Source of the DNA: the human T2T-CHM13v2.0 reference genome, Homo sapiens
NCBI RefSeq assembly: GCF_009914755.1
Contig: NC_060925.1
DNA: 64,000 nt
Strand: one strand, 5' to 3'
Below the pieces are notes generated by a model that saw only the letters and a program-made list of their open reading frames with translations, made no database searches and was not told where the DNA came from. Positions 42,900-58,392 of this stretch are shown here, piece by piece. A program made the position numbers and the translations under genes. The first letter of the stretch is position 1; the number at the start of each line of letters is the position of its first letter.

Positions 42900-44205
42900 T
42901 GCACCTGCCTGGATGGTAAGAAATTCATTGTCACTCATTTTGAAGTCTCCTCGCCACAATAGATCCACAGGATAATATACAATTTCTGGACAAGTGTCAC
43001 AGTAGAAAAGCAGGGAATGTTCTTGGTCTATGCTCCAAGATTGTTGCCATCTTGACTATTGCTCCCTTGGCCACATTGATGCTAGTCTGAAATTCTGATA
43101 GCTACTGTCTATCTGGTAGGCCCTGAAGCTTCAGACTCACTGACAGTTACCTCTTAAATGCCTTTTTATTCATCGCAGACTCAGTCCTAGAAACTTTTAC
43201 GACTGCTTTTAGGCTTTAGCATTTACAACTGCAAGAAAAATCTGCATGAAATATCTAACTTCCCTACTCACGAAGTAAAGTAAATACCCCTTATGCTTTC
43301 TTGAAATCTTAGACAGCTACATCTGAAATGGTCTTCTTTGTAGTTGAGCAGTATGCTTTATAGTCTTGTGTTAGGTTCAGACTTCCCTTAGAAGTCTTCA
43401 GTTCTGTAGTGTATAGCCCAAGCTACTGCAAAATGGTGGATAAAGGATTGCCCAGATACCAAAGTATTGGGATATTAAGGATCTTGTGGAGGAGCACCCA
43501 CATATAGATTAATGGAATACACAAAGCAACAATCAAGTCTTCAGTTGGTATATTAAGTCTCCATCTGCCCTAGCTGGCAGAGTCTGAAATTGGGTCACTA
43601 AAATCATCTCTTTCATGCCTGACTCCCTCTCTCCTGGAGTGAACAACCACTTCCCCCTCATTTTCTTCTCTAATGAGTTTTTAAAGTTGAAAACAGTTGA
43701 ACAGTTGAAGGGAGGGGTTCAGTTTCCACCAGGCTGAGCTCACAGTGGAGAGTTTACTCAGAGCAGCCCCTCCCTTTGCCTGCTCATGCTGGGCCTGAGC
43801 CATACTCCCTGGGTCTATGGCTCCTCTGGCCAAAGTCAAGTCTCCAAAGCCTCTAGCGTCAGTCAACGTAAAAACTTTTAACCAACCCTCTGGATGGTAT
43901 TTTAAAAACTGACCTGAAAAGAAGCTTATTCTAAACTACTGAGACATTCAGCCATGGCACTGAACACTTTTTGAGACTCAAATAGCCTCAGACTCAAGAC
44001 TTTAACTCCATTTCATCATTGTTTGTATTTCAGGACCCCAGACGCCTTCCATTCTTCTAGCAGTGAATCTTCTCCAAATGGACTTCTCAATCAACCCAAA
44101 GTTTCATCCTCTTCAAAAAACAGAGTTCATGGGATTTATCCACTCACTGTCAGTGCAGTTTTCCCTTGTCTTAAAATTTCAGCCCATATTTAAATGATAT
44201 TTAAG
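42900..44205 (-). pseudogene. large candidate fossil exon
   Basis: Acceptor ccatattcctcctag| at 44205. 43866-43312 is one frame of ~185 codons with 3 stops (..WWKLNPSLQLFNCFQL*KLIREENEGEVVVHSRREGVRHERDDFSDPISDSAS*GRWRLNIPTEDLIVALCIPLIYMWVLLHKILNIPILWYLGNPLSTILQ*LGLYTTELK..). The lower boundary is approximate. Confidence 0.55.
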
Positions 44206-44699
44206 CTAGGAGGAATATGGAAGTTTCCATAAAATAAAACAGAGGTCTCCAACTCATTTGATCTGAATTTCTGTCAGAAATAATGGTTTTCATTATGACT
44301 CTTTATACAAACTTTTATGTGTTTATAAGTGTATATAGGTATATAAAAATATATGTAACAAAAATAAAACAGTACAGAGTCTTATTCTATGTGATGCAAT
44401 GAGATATTTTCATTTGATTTTTTTTAAATGCCTGTGGTGATTTCCCAGATTGATTTCATAACTCACTAAGGGGCCCCAAAAATAATTTGGAAAAAACTCC
44501 TGAAGGACACTGAGGACATTGGCTAGTATGTATTCATCTCTCAGATGGAGATGATCAAGTCATTTTTGAAATTTGAAGTCTGAGATAGGGGACTTAAATA
44601 TCTTCTTCCATGTTCCTTATTTCTCAATAGTCTCTTGGGAATAACAAAGTTATTTATTGAAAAAGGCTAAATTCTCTTCCCTTAATGAGCATTCTGCCA

Positions 44700-45530
44700 A
44701 TCACTATATATCTGCTCCCAATTTTTAAAATATTTAATAAGCCCCATTCACACTAAATCTCGTATCAGATCACTGGTATTCCCCAAATCCACAGGGTTTT
44801 ATGGGAGTTCCACTATTCATTAATTCTCCAACATAGTAAAAGCCGTTATCTGAAAATTAACAACCCTCAATTCTAAGTATTTTAGTCTTCCTCATAAATA
44901 TATATTTCATAAAGTTTTATAATAGTACCCAAATTGTTTCATGTATAACTGATATTAATTTTACCCCCATAATATTCAAGTCTAAGGAATTTTATTTTGA
45001 GTCACCATGTTAAATCAAATATCCTCCAAGCTTCGAAATACTGACAATAATTTCAATTCAGTCAATATTGAGACTCTCTCATTAAACATTGAAAACTCCT
45101 GAGTTTATACAACGCCTAAAAAACAGTTCATCATGATTTTCTCCTTAGCCTTGCTCCTTTAGCTTCTCGCTGCTGCAATTGAGCAGTGATGTTGACTACC
45201 TTTTAGGCACTGGTTTCCTCTGAGTTTAACCAAATTCAGATATTCATGCCATTCCAGTTCTCTGCACTGACCTTCATCTAAAAGCACACAGCAATCTTGT
45301 AATCCACTCCCATTTTGGGGCAATGTATGCCGTCTGGACACAAGTTTCCATAGCAAACTGAAATGCCAAAGCTCCTTTTGTAAATCTCAGGTAACTTCAA
45401 ACTCTTGGGCTAGTCACATCGGCTCCCACTAAAAAAGGACTTTCACTGCCTACCTCTCTGAAATAATCTCGCCTTTAAAAAGTGTTGTTCATTTCCCTCT
45501 TGAATATATTACTTACTTGGGGGAACACCG
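44700..45530 (-). pseudogene. large candidate fossil exon
   Basis: FKGEIISER*AVKVLF*WEPM*LAQEFEVT*DLQKELWHFSLLWKLVSRRHTLPQNGSGLQDCCVLLDEGQCRELEWHEYLNLVKLRGNQCLK, then a frameshift to STSLLNCSSEKLKEQG*GENHDELFLGVV*TQEFSMFNERVSILTELKLLSVFRSLEDI. Boundaries are approximate. Confidence 0.55.
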
Positions 45531-45665
45531 ACTTTAAAAAATATTAATATAATGAGGATTTCTGACTTTTAGGGAACAGGGAAGGTATGGAGAAAGAAGA
45601 TGCTTTATTCTTCCTTGGTAAGAGTCTATAGCAGTAATGAAACCTGAGACACCAGTTCTGTGTCT

Positions 45666-45667
<2 letters not shown>

Positions 45668-45716
<49 letters not shown>
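45668..45716. repeat. compound microsatellite (GT)n(GA)n
   Basis: Directly visible. Confidence 0.95.
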
Positions 45717-45718
<2 letters not shown>

Positions 45719-46874
45719 AATGAGGTGGAAAAAGAGATTCTTGTTACAAATTCACTGTAAGCACTTAAGACTACCCTCTTTTGCAGGTTAGGGGAAGGAA
45801 GCTTAATAAGGTAGCACTGGAAAAAGTTACACATACTCTTTGTAAGCATTAGAATAAATATGAGGTGAGATTATCATTTATTAATTTAATTTCTAAAATT
45901 GCATGCCCACTGAATAAACACAAGTTTGGAAAGAATAAAATAGAGCATATAAATTAATACCAGGAGAATAATTCTAAAATTATACTTTCTATTATCCCAG
46001 AGGGAAAGAATGTTTATATTTTTTAAGAACCATAAGCATTTGGGATTTAACCACCTTTGCATCCAGGAAACTTCAAAAGTAGGCTTAGTTTAGATTAGGA
46101 CAACCACAACAATAAATAGGATGGCACTCAATCTTGTGTTTTCATCATGTTCAGGGAAAGCACAGTCCTGACAAGAGAAAGAATTGATGAGAAAATAGGA
46201 GAGTAGATAAGCAAATGAGTTCTTTTCCCCTCCTTGACTAAGCAGAAATATTACTAGTGGTATCATATCTAATAGAGAAGTATTACATTTTCAATTTAGG
46301 GATGGTTATTGATTTTCTTTCCATGAATGGCATAGAGGTAGACTAAAATTGTTCTCAGTTGCATTATTATTCTTACTACCATGTGTGTAATAATGACAAA
46401 AATAAAATGTAGTCATAGAGTTTTCCTCATTTTATTGAACAAGGGAGAGAAAGAGAAAAGAAAAGAAAATTGAACATTCAGAAAACAGAAAATTAAAACT
46501 TTTCTTTTGTTTGCCCTAGCAATTCCAAGATCTAATTGACTCCATCTACATTTTTGGTTGTTTTTATTTTCATTTTTAAGGTTAGCTTTGTGGTGGTTTT
46601 TCCAAGTTTCAATTTCAGCTTAAGAATGCTCAGTATTTTAAAATTATCTGTTCTAAAAGTATTAAAAACACATTTGATTTTACTATGGATAACCAAATTT
46701 TTATGTATGTGTGTACACACACACAAACATGAATGAAGAAAAAAATGAAAGAAATGGAGAAAAAGTGGGGAGGAAGCTTATCTTAGAAGGTGAGTATTAA
46801 GAGGCACAATTATTCATATAAGAGCTTTAGTTCTTTTTTGAGTTTATGTTAAGTTTGCTAATAGTTTTTCTAAG

Positions 46875-47285
46875 TTATTTTGCAGTAATAAATAACCCCA
46901 ACAATCTTAGTGGCAATAACCTTACAGCAACAATGGTTTATTCTTGCACGTTACTCATCCTTCACTGTTCAGTTGTGGCTTTGCCTCATATTGTCTTCAC
47001 TGCTGGACCAAGGTGTAAAGAACAGCCCTATTTTGATCTTATGAAAGAAGAAAAGCAATGTTGCAACCATGCAATGAATGAGCAATGCTATACATCACTT
47101 TTACTCCTATTTCACTGGTCAGAGCTACTCATATGGCCAAAGCATGCTGTAAATAAGGCATGAATGAAGCAGGAGTAAGACTCTCTCTTAAGAGGGAGCA
47201 TTGCACATCACATGGCAGTGGGCAGTGATGTATTCACTCTCTCCAAGTATAAGAGTAAGCAATTCGGAATAACGATGCCGTCTAT
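46875..47285 (-). mobile_element. MLT1J/K-type ancient MaLR LTR
   Basis: tgcagtaataaataaccccaacaatcttagtggc...caacaatggtttattcttgcac...cactggtcagagctactcatatggcca. Confidence 0.65.
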
Positions 47286-47399
47286 CTCAGAGTCCTTACC
47301 AACATCTTATTCTATATAAATTCTATATAAATTTTATTCTAGAATGACTTAGAATGGGACAACTTGGATCTTGCTTTACTCCATTAAAAACATACTGTT

Positions 47400-47789
<390 letters not shown>

Positions 47790-47948
47790 TTAGAGAACTT
47801 TCATTTAAAAACCAAAGACTATTTCTGCTTCCACTTTGCTATGAGTTGCTATAACTCATTGAATGAAATCTTCAATATTACATGCATAGGTAGATAATAC
47901 AAAGCAGGTACATAACTCTCAGCCAAGTTGTTTTTCCTCTTTTCTTAC

Positions 47949-48032
47949 TAGTTGAAGACGGTCCCCGGAAAATACCCCAGAGCACATATATTAAACCAAG
48001 AGGGGCTCTGAGCTCCAATATCTTCTTTTTAC
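47949..48032 (-). pseudogene. candidate fossil exon (84 nt)
   Basis: cacttctttttag|GTA...CAACTA|GTAAGA reads, in phase 0/0, VKRRYWSSEPLLV*YMCSGVFSGDRLQL. Confidence 0.5.
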
Positions 48033-48213
48033 CTAAAAAGAAGTGTTATTGGGTTTCCCTCAGATACTCCAGAGAGAAATAATCAATCATCACTAGTAAT
48101 ACCAATTGTTCTCACCTGCATCGATCACCAGCCGGGGGTAAGAGGAAGCAATTTTACCAGCACTCACTTCATTCCAGCCAAGGAGGTAAATGGAAATGAG
48201 AGAAAGTTCTTAC

Positions 48214-48300
48214 CAATCTGCACATAGAAGTGTGGACATTTCTTCACTTTTAGGGGACATTCAGGTTGGGTTTTCCCTTTTTCTTCTGGAAGAGTAAGAC
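48214..48300 (-). pseudogene. candidate fossil exon (87 nt)
   Basis: ttatatttag|GTC...AGATTG|GTAAGA reads, in phase 0/0, VLLFQKKKGKPNLNVP*K*RNVHTSMCRL. Confidence 0.5.
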
Positions 48301-49558
48301 CTAAATATAATTCAGGATGTGGAAGAAAGAAGAATGAGATTTCTCCTTGTATATGAAGAGAAGAAATATGAGGGTCATATGAGAATTGTAGTTATTGAGG
48401 CAGACTATAGACAAGTTGCCATGGCAATGACCCCTTGATTTTCGCCTTTTCCTAACTCTGTACTTCTCTGAACATATCTTTTCAGATTTTTTGTTCTTTT
48501 ACCTATTTGCTTACAAGTATTGTGGTTGTGATAAGTAAAATTAATTTTATTTTTTTCTCTATGTTCTCAGTATAAAGACATAAATAAATAATATGCTAAG
48601 TCATTTGGTGATATTTGAGCTAGAAGTTTTTCAAGGAAAAATTTAAAAGTAATGAAGGCATTCATTTATACATATCTCTTGCCTATTCCAATTAATGGGA
48701 CACTGAGAAGCAGCTTAAAGTACATGTTGTAAATAACATATATATCAATCCTGAAATAGACATATATAGCTTCAAGTATCTTATAGCATTTTAACAAACA
48801 CAACACACAAACGATTACAATTTAAGGGGTTTCTAAATGTAGACTTTTCAAATTAACAATAATCTGCAATTTAATAATTTTGAACAATGAATGCAGCTTC
48901 TTAGGAATCCAGAAAAGCATTTATTCGGAATAAATAATTATGGCCCAATATATTAGACATGCTGTCTGCATCAAAACTATTATTTCATTGCAACTGTACT
49001 ATTTGCTAATATGATAGGGCTTAATTCTATCTGAATTAAAGTATTATATACCCTTTCTACAACCCAATTTTTGGATGTCTAATTATATGGTGTATCTCTT
49101 CATGTGGCTCAATTTTTAGTTATCTTTATTTAAAATAAAATATATTTATAAAAACAATACAAATCAATTTTTTGTTTTATATATTATATATAAGTATATA
49201 ACAATAAATTACATAACTAATAAAAATATTTAATAACAATTATTAAATATTATTTCATAAATTTTAACTTTATAAACTTCTCTTAAGCTGTAAACCTGTA
49301 CTCCCACTCAATAATGCAGTCATTTTGGTTAGGTACATTTATAATTGTACCTTTGGTTAGATAATGTCTAATTTCTTTGGATGAAAAATCTAAAACTTCA
49401 GGGTTTTTGCTAGAGGGTTCCAGGTTATTTAACATTGGTTCATTTCAGCTGGATAAAATGTCAGTTCTCTAGGTTCCATTTTATCTCAAAATAATAAAAA
49501 AAATTTGTGGCAGTGATCTACATATTTTATAGCTTCCTTGAATAGTGAGAAAGTTTAC

Positions 49559-49632
49559 CTTGAGACAAAAGAAGATGTAAATACAGAAGGAGTATAAGAA
49601 GCATGCTCTAGTCATTTCGGATTTAGATACTG
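49559..49632 (-). pseudogene. candidate fossil exon (74 nt, phase 1/0)
   Basis: ttctttttccaaaaag|CAG...CTCAAG|GTAAAC is stop-free: VSKSEMTRACFLYSFCIYIFFCLK. Confidence 0.5.
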
Positions 49633-50079
49633 CTTTTTGGAAAAAGAATATGGAAAACACAAGAGAAACAAGGCAAACTTTAAAAAATAACATTGCTTAA
49701 CGGCATGTTTATATTTTACACATATAATATGTAATGTGCTATAAAGAAAAGTAATCTTCCCAAATGTCAATGACCCTTAAAATTGTGCAATAGATTTGCT
49801 TTGCTTTGTTCACATTCTATTTTTCTTCTACACTGTTATTCTTTATCAGTATTTCCTCAATAAATTAAATTTTGTGCTCGTAATACTCTCATCATGCTAC
49901 TATTGTTATAATTATTAACATGTTATCACCATGTTAGTGTGGGTAGATTCATAACTGCCAAAAGGCTTTTGCACATGAAATACGATAGTCACTAGCACCT
50001 TTTGTACATTTTATAATTTTTTGTAAGCAATAAATATTCTTTTAATTATTAAATAAGTATTAATCTTAAAGCTAAAATG

Positions 50080-51480
50080 TGTACATTTCAACAAGTGATG
50101 TAGCAGCAATTAGATATCCATCACCAAAATAAATACATCGTGAAATAAAACCTCCACTTTATAAAAATTCACTCAAAATGAATCAACAGTTTAATTGTAA
50201 GATATAATATTATAAAACTTTTAGACAATGAAGGAAAAAATCTTCTAGGTGGGAGATTAGGCAGAGTTCTTAGATGTGAATAAAACACAATCACTAAAAG
50301 AATAAAATAGATAAATTTGACCTAATTAAAGTTTTTTTCTCTACAAAAAAATTCTGTAGAGAATATGAAAGACAAGCTAAAACCCGGAAAAAATATTTGT
50401 AAACCATACTTAAAATATATAAAGTACTCCTTAACTAGTGAAAAAAAAAAACTTTTAACTATCCAATTAGAAAATGGCAAAAGACATGAGTAGACTTTTC
50501 ACCAAAGACAATATACAGATGGCAAAAAGTACATAAAACGATGTTCAAAATCACTAGCCATTAGGGAAATACAAATTAAAACAACAATTGAATATCACTA
50601 CGTATATAGTAAAACAGTTATAATTACACATAGTGATATTATCAAATTCTAATAAGGATACAAAGAAATTCTATCTTTTATAAATTGCTGCTGGGAGTGT
50701 AAAATGGTACAACTACTCTGGAAAATAGTTTGGCAGCTTTTTATAAAACCACATACACTTTTCAGATGACCCAATAATTGCATATCTACACATTTATCTC
50801 AAAGCAATGAAAACTTTTCTTCACATAAGCGTTCATAGCAGCTTTATCAATAATAACCAAAAATTGGAAAAAAAAATTTCAACAGGGGACTGGTTGAAGT
50901 TACTATGGTACATGGATACAGTGGAATACTACTCAGTAACACAAAGAAACAAGCAAGTTATACATGCAAAAATTTTAATGACTCTGAAAAGCAATAATAC
51001 AAGCCAATCTCAAAAGGTTACATATTCCAACTCTACGTATGTCTTTTGCATTCTTGAAATGACAAAATAAAATGTCTTGAAAATGAAAACATAGAAGTAA
51101 AATAGATTAGCAATTAACAGGAGCTAGTGATTGTGGGGGTGGAGTTGATGAGAAGATGCTTAGCACAAGAGAGCTTCTATGCAGTGATGAAACATTTCTG
51201 TGTATTAGTTATATGAATCTATATACACAATAAAATTGTGAAGAACTACACACACACACACACACACACACACATTCACATATTGGTAAAATCTGAATAA
51301 GTTCTGTAGTCTAGTTAATGGGATTTTCCCAATGTCAATTTACTTGTTTTAAGATTATATTACAGTTGGGCAGGATATAAACATTCAGAGAAGCTGGGTG
51401 AACAGTAACAGGACTCTCTTTACTGTATTTTCAACTTCCTGTGAGTCTATAATTATTTCAAAATAAAAAGTTCAAAAGAT
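50080..51480 (+). mobile_element. old L1MC/L1MD 3' end, with (CA)n at ~51248-51273
   Basis: ORF2-end motifs (gtaaaatggtacaactactctggaaaatagtttggcag; ORF 50807-51070) and a 3' UTR ending ataattatttcaaaataaaaagtt. Confidence 0.85.
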
Positions 51481-53166
51481 GTAGAAGGTTAACAAATTAA
51501 ATTGTCCCAAATATTTAAACCTGATAGAAATATTTAATCAAATGTTTACATTCATTAAGTTCTCAAATTTAGTATATCACATTATTTAAAATGTTAACAT
51601 TTTAAACCCTACAAGAATCTGAACTTATCCTGTCTGCTTAGTATAGAATAAGCTGAAAAAAGTGTGTGACCACCCTCACACCTAGAAAAAGTCAGATAAC
51701 CTATGTAATCATAACTTTCCATGAACCTATGAGAGAATTAATGTTGCAGGGCAATCAAATAGCCCTAAATCTAAGATGACAGGCACTTTCAGGGAAAGAC
51801 AGGACACAATTTTTGACTTACCTAGGGCAGTGATAGAAAGGAAATTGGGCTGGAGTTCAAAAGAGTAGGAAGAATTTCCCAAACTTGTGACAAATTGCTG
51901 CTGAGTGTAGGACAGCATGAGAGTATAGAGCTGCTTAAAGCCAGAAACACAAAGGGAGTTTGCATCCATTGCCATGCTCTTCACACATCTCATCACATAT
52001 TCCGGTGTTGGTATCCCTCATGCCAATCTGTGGGAGAAGAACAGCCAACACTGTAGAGCAAGAGTTTCACCTGGATCCCTCTTCCCTACAATACACAAGC
52101 CTAAACCACTGAGGGAAGAGCAGCAAATGATCTCTTTCATTGATATTATAGATGAAGACATCTTAATATTTTAGATGAATTATAGATGATGACATCTTTC
52201 CACATTTTAGGGAGGAAAGAACTGATTTTTTCTCTACCTTTTGTGGGGCAGTAGGAAAGCCTCTGGGCTCAGACTATTTGAGATTCCTTACTGCTTAGGG
52301 CAGGACATGATCATTGAGAAAGACACAACCTCAAGAATCAAGGACACAAAGCCTACTTAAGACTAAACCAGGACAACAGAAAACACAAAAGTATAACCTT
52401 CTATCCCCACCCTCACCCCTTTTGGGTAGGTTGTCAGGCTTATAAGCATAAAATAATAAGAACAAACCACTGGGAGAGGGACAAGAACATATACATATTC
52501 TGCATGTAGAGAAAGCCTAAGGCTGGGAGTACTGTAGGAACACAGAAAAATCCTCCTGTAATTCAGCTCCCAATCCTCAAGCACAAGGTAACAGTGGAGC
52601 ACCCACCTAAACCTGGAGGTGTAAAAAAAAAAAAAAAGAAACAAACCAGCTTCACTGCCAGCTAGATATACTCATAACCTTAATTCACTGTCCAGGAAAG
52701 ATGGTTGTCACTTTTCAGGCATCAATAGTATTTCTCTCAGCCTCTGCTTGCCAACACATGATGCCTGTGTATAAAATACACAGACACACACACGCACACG
52801 TACATACCCATACAACACCCCCACCGCCAAACACATACGAAGGTTAAGATACAACTCAATAAGCAATCAACAAAACTAGAATTAGATTAGGCCCTGATGT
52901 TGGAATTATCAGTGAATTTTAAATAACAGTGTCTAAGATGTTAAAGGCTCTAGAGGAAAAGGTGGACATCTTTCATGAACAGATGAGGTATTTTGAAGAG
53001 ATGAAAAGTATAAGAAAGAATAAAATAGTAATGCTAGAAAAAAATAGAAACATAGTAACAGAGCTGAGGAATGCCTTCAATGGGTCCATGAGTATGCTCA
53101 ACATAGCTGAAGAAAATATTAGTAAAGGTCAAGATAGGTCAAAAAGGATAACCCAAACTAAGACAC

Positions 53167-53211
<45 letters not shown>

Positions 53212-53508
53212 AGAGAATCCAATGCGATGGGACAATATCAAACAGTCTAACAGATGTGTAATTGGGATACTAGAAAGAGAAGAAGGGCAAAGTATATTTT
53301 TAAATATTTAAAAAATATTTTAACGAATAGTTGAATTTTTTATGTAATAAATTAGATCACAAAACCAAAAACTTGGAGAACAGGAATTAAGAAAAGAAAA
53401 AAAAATACTAGGTGCAACATATTAAAAGTGCCAAAAGCCAAAGAATAAAACAAGGCAGCCAGAAGAAAACAGCATATTATGTATAGAAGAACAATTATAT
53501 GAAGTTCA

Positions 53509-53872
<364 letters not shown>

Positions 53873-54862
53873 TTAAAGTGCTTTGAAAAAACTTTATAAG
53901 CCCAGAATTCTATTATCAATAAAAATATATTTAAAAATAAAGAAAAAAACCTTTTTTTTTCCAGAGAAAAATACTGCTTAGAGAACTTATGACCAATGAG
54001 TCTGTCTAATGAGACATATTTTTTAAAAATTCTGTCAGGAAAAAAAAATACCCCATGGTTTCTAGGGCTTTGCAGAATAAATAAATAAATAAGTACCCCA
54101 AAGAGAAACTTAAATATAAGTAAATAAATGAAGAGCAATGACAATGAAAATTATACAAATGAAAGTTAAAATATATATATTTGATTTTTATTTTTAATTT
54201 CTCCAAAAGGTATTTGCACTTTCTAAGCAAAATTAGAGCCTTCGAATATGTGTTTATAGTATATGTGGAAAACAGAATATATGACAGCAAAGTTCAAAGG
54301 TGAGAGGGTGAAATTGGAAGCACATAAAAAATCTAAACTTCCAACTGAACAAACTGGCAAAATCCAAATGAAATATGCCTAAAGCTTGCTAAAAGAATTG
54401 AAACAATTAAGATACAAGTAAAAATAATTGAAATTGAAAATAGAAAATCAACAGAGGAAATTGATAAAAAAAAGTTATTTTATAAGATTGATAAAATTAA
54501 TAAACTGCTAGCCAGATTGACCAAGACAAAACAGAGAAGAAGCAAATAGTAACTATAAAAACGAAAGAGATGACATCACTATATATTCTATGAATACAGA
54601 CCTGAGATAATTCTGCAAATTACAGATCTAGAGCTAATATTTTCAACATATACACATACACTATAACTTGCTAATAAGAAGGCAAACAGGTCCATTAAAA
54701 GTACACAAAATGTGTACAGTGACTTCACAAAAGAGCATATATAAATGATTAATAAGTACATTAAAAGATGCTCAATTTTATCATCAAAGAAATACAAACT
54801 AAAAGTGCAGGAAGATACCACTGCAAAATGACCAAAAAATTAGAATTAAAAAGGTCGATAGT

Positions 54863-55219
<357 letters not shown>

Positions 55220-55325
55220 TCAGAATGCAAAATGGTAAAACCTACTTTGGAAAATTGTTGGGAACTTTCTTTAAAAGTTATACATAAACTTGCAATTTGA
55301 CCATCAGTTCTGCTTTTATTTACCC

Positions 55326-56388
55326 TGTTGGGGGAAATTCACCCCTGATATTTCACGTAGGTTCTTTTCTATTTTCCCTAAGAGTCAGCCAGTCTGAGAA
55401 ATAAACGGAAAGAGTACAAAAGAGAGAAATTTTAAAGCTGGGTGTCCAGGGGAGACATCACATGTCGGCAGGTTCCGTGATGCCCCCCAAGCCGCAAAAC
55501 CAGCAAGTTTTTATTAGTGATTTTCAAAAGGGGAGGGAGTGTACAAATAGGGTATGGGTCAAGAGATCACATGCTTCACAAGGTAATAAAATATCACAAG
55601 GCAAATGGAGGCAGGGCAAGATGACAGGACCACAGGACCAGGGCAAAATTAAAATTGCTAATGAAGTTTCTGGCATGCATTGTCATTGATAACATCTTAT
55701 CAGGAGACAGGGATTGAGAGCAGACAACCGGTCTGACTAAAATTTATTAGGCAGGAATTTCCTCATCCTAATAAGCCTGGGAGCACTACGGGAGACTGGG
55801 GCTTATTTCATCCCTTATCTATGATTGTAAAAGACAGCCGTCCCCAAAGTGGCCATTTCAGAGTCCTCCTCTTAGGGACGCATTCTCTTTCTCAAGGATG
55901 TTCCTTGCTGAGAAAAAGAATTCAGCAATATTTCTCCTATTTGCTTTTGAAAGAAGAGAAATATGGCTCTGTTCTGCCTGGCCCACAGGCAGCCAGAGTT
56001 TAAGGTTATCTCCCTTTTTCCTTGAACATTGCTGTTATCCTGTTCTTTTTTCAAGGTGCCCAGATTTCATATTGTTTAAACAATTAGTGCAGTTAACGCA
56101 ATTATCACAGGGTCCTGAGGTGACATTCATCCTCAGCTTACAAAAATGACAGGATTAAGAGATTAAAGACAGGCATAGGAAATCAGAAGGGTATTGATTG
56201 GGGAAGTGGTAAGTGTCCATGAAATCTTCACAATTTATGTTTAGAGATTGCAGTAAAGACAGGTGTAAGAAATTATAAAAGTATTAATTTGGGGAACTAA
56301 TAAATGTCCATGAAATCTTCACAATTTATGTTCTTCTGCCATGGCTTCAGCCGGTCCCTCTGTTCGGGGTCCCTGACTTCCGGCAACA
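55326..56388 (-). mobile_element. MER11 (HML-8) solo LTR
   Basis: Reverse complement of the MER11 at 21473-22557 (ends ccctgacttccggcaaca). The TSD is TACCC (55321-55325 / 56389-56393). Confidence 0.95.
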
Positions 56389-56904
56389 TACCCAAGAGTA
56401 ATGAAACCGTATGGTCCCACAAAGACTTTCTCATGAATATTCATTGCAGTTTTTATTAATAATTGTCCAATAATTGGATCAATCCAAATGTCCATCAATA
56501 GGCAAACAAGTAAATTAATGTATATCAATATGATTAAATACTATTTAGCAATATTAAGGAAGTACTTATATATATATATAACAACATGGATGAACATCAA
56601 TCTTGTTAATAAGCTTTCCTGACACTCATCTGTACCCTTACAACTTTAAAAAAAATTTAATTTATAGGGAAGGTGAGAATGCTCACAGATAAGCCATGGT
56701 ATAAGAAGATTGATGTTATAATCATCTAATATGGAAAACTTTCACCATGAAGAAAAGGATGCTCAGACCTTAAAACTTGTACCATGGATCCTAGGGTGGA
56801 AAAGTAGAGGAGCTGAGCAACTAAAGTCATTTCAATCTTTCAGTTTTCATGTGCTTGCCTCCCCTCCCATACACACACTAAATATGCCTATTTCCCTCTT
56901 CTAG

Positions 56905-57328
<424 letters not shown>

Positions 57329-58392
57329 TAAAGGAGATATACCAATCAGAACCTCAATTGAGACATAGGATATAGTGGAAAAGAGAGTCAATAGACAATT
57401 AGATCCAGTATTATGGAAGGCTCATATATGAATCAGAAGAGTTTGATACTTTGATACAGGACTAGGGCTTCTCAAAATGTTCTGCCTAACTATTCTGAGT
57501 AGCAGAGAAGAACATAAATAAATATGCCTCAGTGTTCTCAAGGTATTATTGAAGCTGCTTGCCACTTGCCAAAATACTGAATGTTTTTGTGTTATTGTTA
57601 AAACTCAGGAGAAATTTGTGTGTTCATGATTAATACAAGATATTAGTATTATTTATCAAAGTATAAAACTTTCGCCTGTATATTAATGTGATGTTGACAC
57701 TGTGTGAAAATTCCTGTGCTCATGTTGTGGCACTACAGCATGCCACATAGTTTCTCCTAAGGTATGCACACCACTGTTTCACAAGCATGACATAGGCAAT
57801 AGCTGACACTTTCTACCTTTTTAAACAGAGGCGAAAGTGCACTTTTTGAAAGATTTACGTGAAAGATAATACCTCGAACTTTATTTTTTGGCAAAGAACT
57901 TTCATATTTGACCCTTGATTAACCTCTGGCAGTATATCAGAAAAAAGTATATTCATGTCCATTTAAAAATAAATGAGAAAATTGAAACATAGAGAATTTA
58001 AATTGCACATGTAAAATCAGAGCCAAGAAAATAAAATATTTTCTGACTCTGAATCCAGTGCCAATTCTATAATCTCTACTCATCCTGAGGAGAATATGGT
58101 ATAAAACCAATTTATCTTGGATCACATTCAAATGAATTTAGTTGTACCACAATGAAAAGCAGGCAGCTTTATAGGTCATCCTAACATAGACCACAAGGAC
58201 AGTATTACATAAGTCTGCTAGTACAGTAAGATTTCACATATTGAATTTGCTGGGCAATGTCTGTCCCTGACACAGGTGTGTTTTTTTTAAATACTGAAAT
58301 GTTACCACTTGTACTTAAAAGAATGAAACTGACATGCTCAAATTTTCTAAAAAGAAAAAAAGCAAAGAAGGTAAAGAGAAAAAGAAAAATAC

